NCBI RefSeq assembly: GCF_001194135.2
Contig: NC_068989.1
Location: 36,527,944 to 36,565,245 of the forward strand
DNA: 37,302 nt
Direction: 5' to 3'
Source of the DNA: Octopus bimaculoides
Lineage: Eukaryota
In this document: piece by piece, positions 34,031 through 37,302 of the stretch
How the letters are laid out: each line of letters starts with the position of its first letter
Numbering within the stretch: the stretch's first letter is position 1
Notes under the pieces: generated by a model
What the model saw: only the letters and a program-made list of their open reading frames with translations
The model's database searches: none
What the model was told of the DNA's origin: nothing
Translations under genes and position numbers: made by a program

Positions 34031-34660
34031 CTACCTGACTGTGTGTGTATGTGTGTTTGGAGGGGGGGGGACACGCGTGCGTGTGTGCATATGTATACAT
34101 TTATTTGTATGAGTAGCACAGACTGTAGCGAATGTGGTTTTCTATACTTTGTCACAGCCCACTTCCTTCCATTTTTAAGTGTGTCTGTTTATGCATATAT
34201 GTGTATGTATAAAAGCATGTGTGTCTGTAATTCTATTTTCTATGTATCTTTCTAAATAAACATACACAAATACATAGATATACACTCACTCAAATATATA
34301 AATATATCCTGCACAAACACACAAGCATTCACATTCCTCCCTTTTACACACTCACAGAGTTGAAGCACTGTTTGATTTTTGTCTCACTGTTGACCTTTCA
34401 CCACCCCACTTCCATCGTTGGATCACCCCTTCCTTTCTCATTTATATGTTGTATTGGAGAAATACACAAGAGTATTATTATAGTAGATTATTATAGTAGA
34501 AGATACATGATGTTCTCTTTGCCACTTCTGCTCTTGCATTGCTACTAATTTCTCTCATTCCTTCTGAGTCATGGCTATTACTCTCACTACTTCTCTTTGA
34601 CTGAATTACTATTTTCTCTCCTCTCCCTTCACCATTTACTCCTACTGCATGATTTTGGAC

Positions 34661-34698
34661 TGACCACCCTAACTCTGGTATGCCCTCTCTCTGCCTCA

Positions 34699-34729
<31 letters not shown>

Positions 34730-34934
34730 ACTTATTTCTCTAATTTTGTCATAGATTGGCTGACCGAAAATTCTAAGATTTTTCAATTCTGTTTTACTAT
34801 TATCGACATATGCAGTTTCGTTAAATTATGCTACCCAAATCCCAAAAGAATATTTTTCTCCCTCGTGTTCTGACCACCCTAACTCTGGTACCCCCTCTCT
34901 CTCTCTGCCTCACCTGTCTGTCTGTCTGTCTATT

Positions 34935-34997
<63 letters not shown>

Positions 34998-35555
34998 CAC
35001 TCTGTCTGTCTCTCTTTCGATTACCACTTGCTTCTCCAAGACCTCCTCCAGCACCACCCTCACCCTTCATAAACTAGCACATGCACTCGGATTCCCCTAC
35101 TTGATTTTTTAATATATCTGCTGAAAGGACATGAATTTCAGAAGATGATCAGATAAGAAGTTTTGTCTTTTGAACCTTGTTCATCTACTCTTCTATTTCT
35201 GCGCAGATCATAAACCCATTATTAGTTCTTTTCATTATTCTGTCTATTTCATTACCATGTAAACATGTAAATATAGTTTCATTAGTTTCATTTTCCTTGT
35301 TGTTGCCTTAAGATAACCTTAATTCACGCATATCCTTAACTGCCACATATTCATTTATTCAAGTTTATCACACAGTCACTTATTTCTCTAATTTTGTCAT
35401 AGATTGACTGACTGAAAACTCTAAGGTTTTTCAATTCTATTTTACTATTATCGACATTTGCTGTTTCATTAAATTATGCTACCCAAAACCCCAAAAAATA
35501 TTTTTCTGCCTCATGTTCTGACCACCCTAAATCTGGCACCCTCTCTCTCTCTCTG
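34661..35555. repeat. Local duplication: about 175-bp unit at 34729-34907 and 35377-35555; motif TGACCACCCTAA.TCTGG.A at 34661, 34871 and 35519; (TCTG)n/(CT)n tracts
   Basis: Both units begin CACTTATTTCTCTAATTTTGTCATAGATTG and end TTCTGACCACCCTAA.TCTGG.ACCC(TC)n. Confidence 0.9.
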
Positions 35556-35569
35556 GAGGACGCTGCTGT

Positions 35570-37302
35570 CCCCCATCCCAGGATCTCATGATCCCAAACC
35601 TCCCACACCCTCAGGTTTGGCACTCTCAACATCGGCACGCTGAAAGGTAGGTCTGGTGAGATTGTTGAGATGCTTGAATGGAGATGTGTCAATTTGTGCT
35701 GCCTCCAAGAAGTAAGGTGGAGAAGAGGTTCTGCTAGATTTTCTGGTCAGGGAACACTGACAGGGTCGGGGGCGTGGGTATACTTCTTGTGGAGAAATGT
35801 GTTGATAAGGTAATCGAGGTAGTCAGAGTACGCAACAGAATACTTACGATTAGATTAGTGCTTCATCATGGGTTAGCAACCATTATCTTGGCCTGTGCCC
35901 CTCAGCTGGGGCTACCTGATGGACAGAAAGACTGATTTTATGATACCCTATAGCAGACTACCTCATTGACGAATGACAGGGACCTTCTCTTTGTGGCTGG
36001 TGACATCAATGGACATGTTGGACAACATGCAGGGGCTTCCATGGTGTACATTGAGGCTGCAGTTTTGGTTCCTGCAATGAGGAGGGAACCAGGCTGCTGG
36101 AGTTCTGTGATGCAAATGATCTTATGGTTTGCAATACTAACTTCAGGAAACCGGCCAGTCACCTAGTCACCTACCGTTCTGGCAGACACACTAGACAAAT
36201 TGACTACATCCTCGCCAGAAAAAGGGAAAGATGGCTGCTTATAAATGCCAAAACCTTCCCAGGTGAAGAATGTACCCCACAATATAGCGACTTCAGGATC
36301 AGGGCTAAATGGATGCCCAGAAGACGACAAGCATGGAGGAGAAGGGTCTGGAAGCTTAAAGATCCTGCAAATGGACAGAGATTTAGAGACGTATTACTCA
36401 AAGCCTTTTATGAAATAGAAAGGGATATAGCTTCACATGATGTGGAAGACAACTGGTGGTTTCTACGGGACAACTTGTTGAGGGCCACTGACCAGATCTG
36501 TGGATGGTGCAAAGTTCTCTCTCAACCTAAAATAGAGTTGTGGTGGAACAATGTTGTTGACAGGGTGATTAGAGAAAATAAACAGGCTTGGAAGGGCTGG
36601 AAGAATGGAGGTAGCAGGGAATTGTATCAGACTGCCAGAAGGGAAGCTAGGAGACAGGTTTATCTAGCCAGAAGGGAAGCAGATAAGAAAAAATTTGCCA
36701 ATGTTCTGCACCGTGAGGACCAAAGACTTGAGGTGTTTCGTGTTGCAAGACAGTGTGTACAAGAGAATCGTGATGTCATAGGAAAGAAATATGTCCACAT
36801 GGATGATGGTTCACTTGCACTAAATGAGGCTGCAAAGAGAGAGGTTTGGAGACGCCACTATGAAAGGTTGCCTAATAAAGAAAATGAATGGGAGAAAGAA
36901 AGTCTGCTGAATGTCGAACCAACAGAGGGACCAGCTATCCGAATTGACAGTACCTTGGTAGATAAAGCAATTAAGAGTATGAACACAGGGAAAACCCCCA
37001 GCCCATCAGGAATCACTGCAGAGAGGCTCAAAATATCTGGCAGTGTCGGCTATAGCCTAGTCACCCGTATAGTTAACCACGTGATACACAGTCATACCCA
37101 ATGACTGGTGTAGCAGCACCATAGTCAGCTGCTACAAAGGTAAAGGGGATGCTTTAGATACAAATAATTACAGAGGTATCAAGTTGTTAGATCAGGTAAT
37201 GAAAGTCACAGAGAGGGTCATAACCCAACTAATTAGGGAGAGAGTCAGTTTAGATGAGATGCAGTTTGGGTTCGTGCCTGGGAAAAGCACCACTGATGCT
37301 AT
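35570..37302 (+). mobile_element. RTE-clade LINE ORF (APE endonuclease, linker, start of RT), disrupted and truncated by the window end
   Basis: Motifs RFGTLNIGTLKGRSGEIVEML, LQEVRW, AGDINGHVG, TRQIDYIL, GKTPSPSGI, DWCSSTIVSCYKGKGD..NYRGIKLL, QFGFVPGKSTTDAI. Frameshifts near 35940, 36060 and 37088, plus small deletions. Confidence 0.96.

Noticed and set aside
36124-37104. 326-aa ORF as a domesticated or active gene
   Set aside because: It is the internal part of an RTE ORF bounded by frameshifts, and the endonuclease His motif is deleted.

Overview
AT-rich eukaryotic DNA dominated by decayed transposable elements and microsatellites. The SINE, RTE LINE and MITE families look like those of Octopus (recognised from memory, not database-confirmed). 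There is one 384-nt assembly gap (10088-10471). I found no intact host protein-coding gene, and most ORF-track entries come from simple repeats or low-complexity DNA. Supportable content: several RTE LINE fragments, including a large disrupted copy at 35570-37302; a decayed CR1/L2-type LINE; one DD34D mariner; two maT/DD37D-type Tc1/mariner elements; TTAA-ended piggyBac-like MITEs; a long-TIR foldback MITE; and many tRNA-derived SINEs. A CpG-retaining domain at about 24.8-29.5 kb probably marks an unmethylated promoter, and a few exon-like segments are low-confidence candidates. The most unusual items are an RTE copy with an apparent twin-priming 5' inversion, an RTE copy missing its whole RT core, a candidate recursive splice site, inverted SINE pairs around an exon-like segment, and a degenerate tandem array beside the putative promoter. 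I see no convincing evidence of a new multi-gene system.
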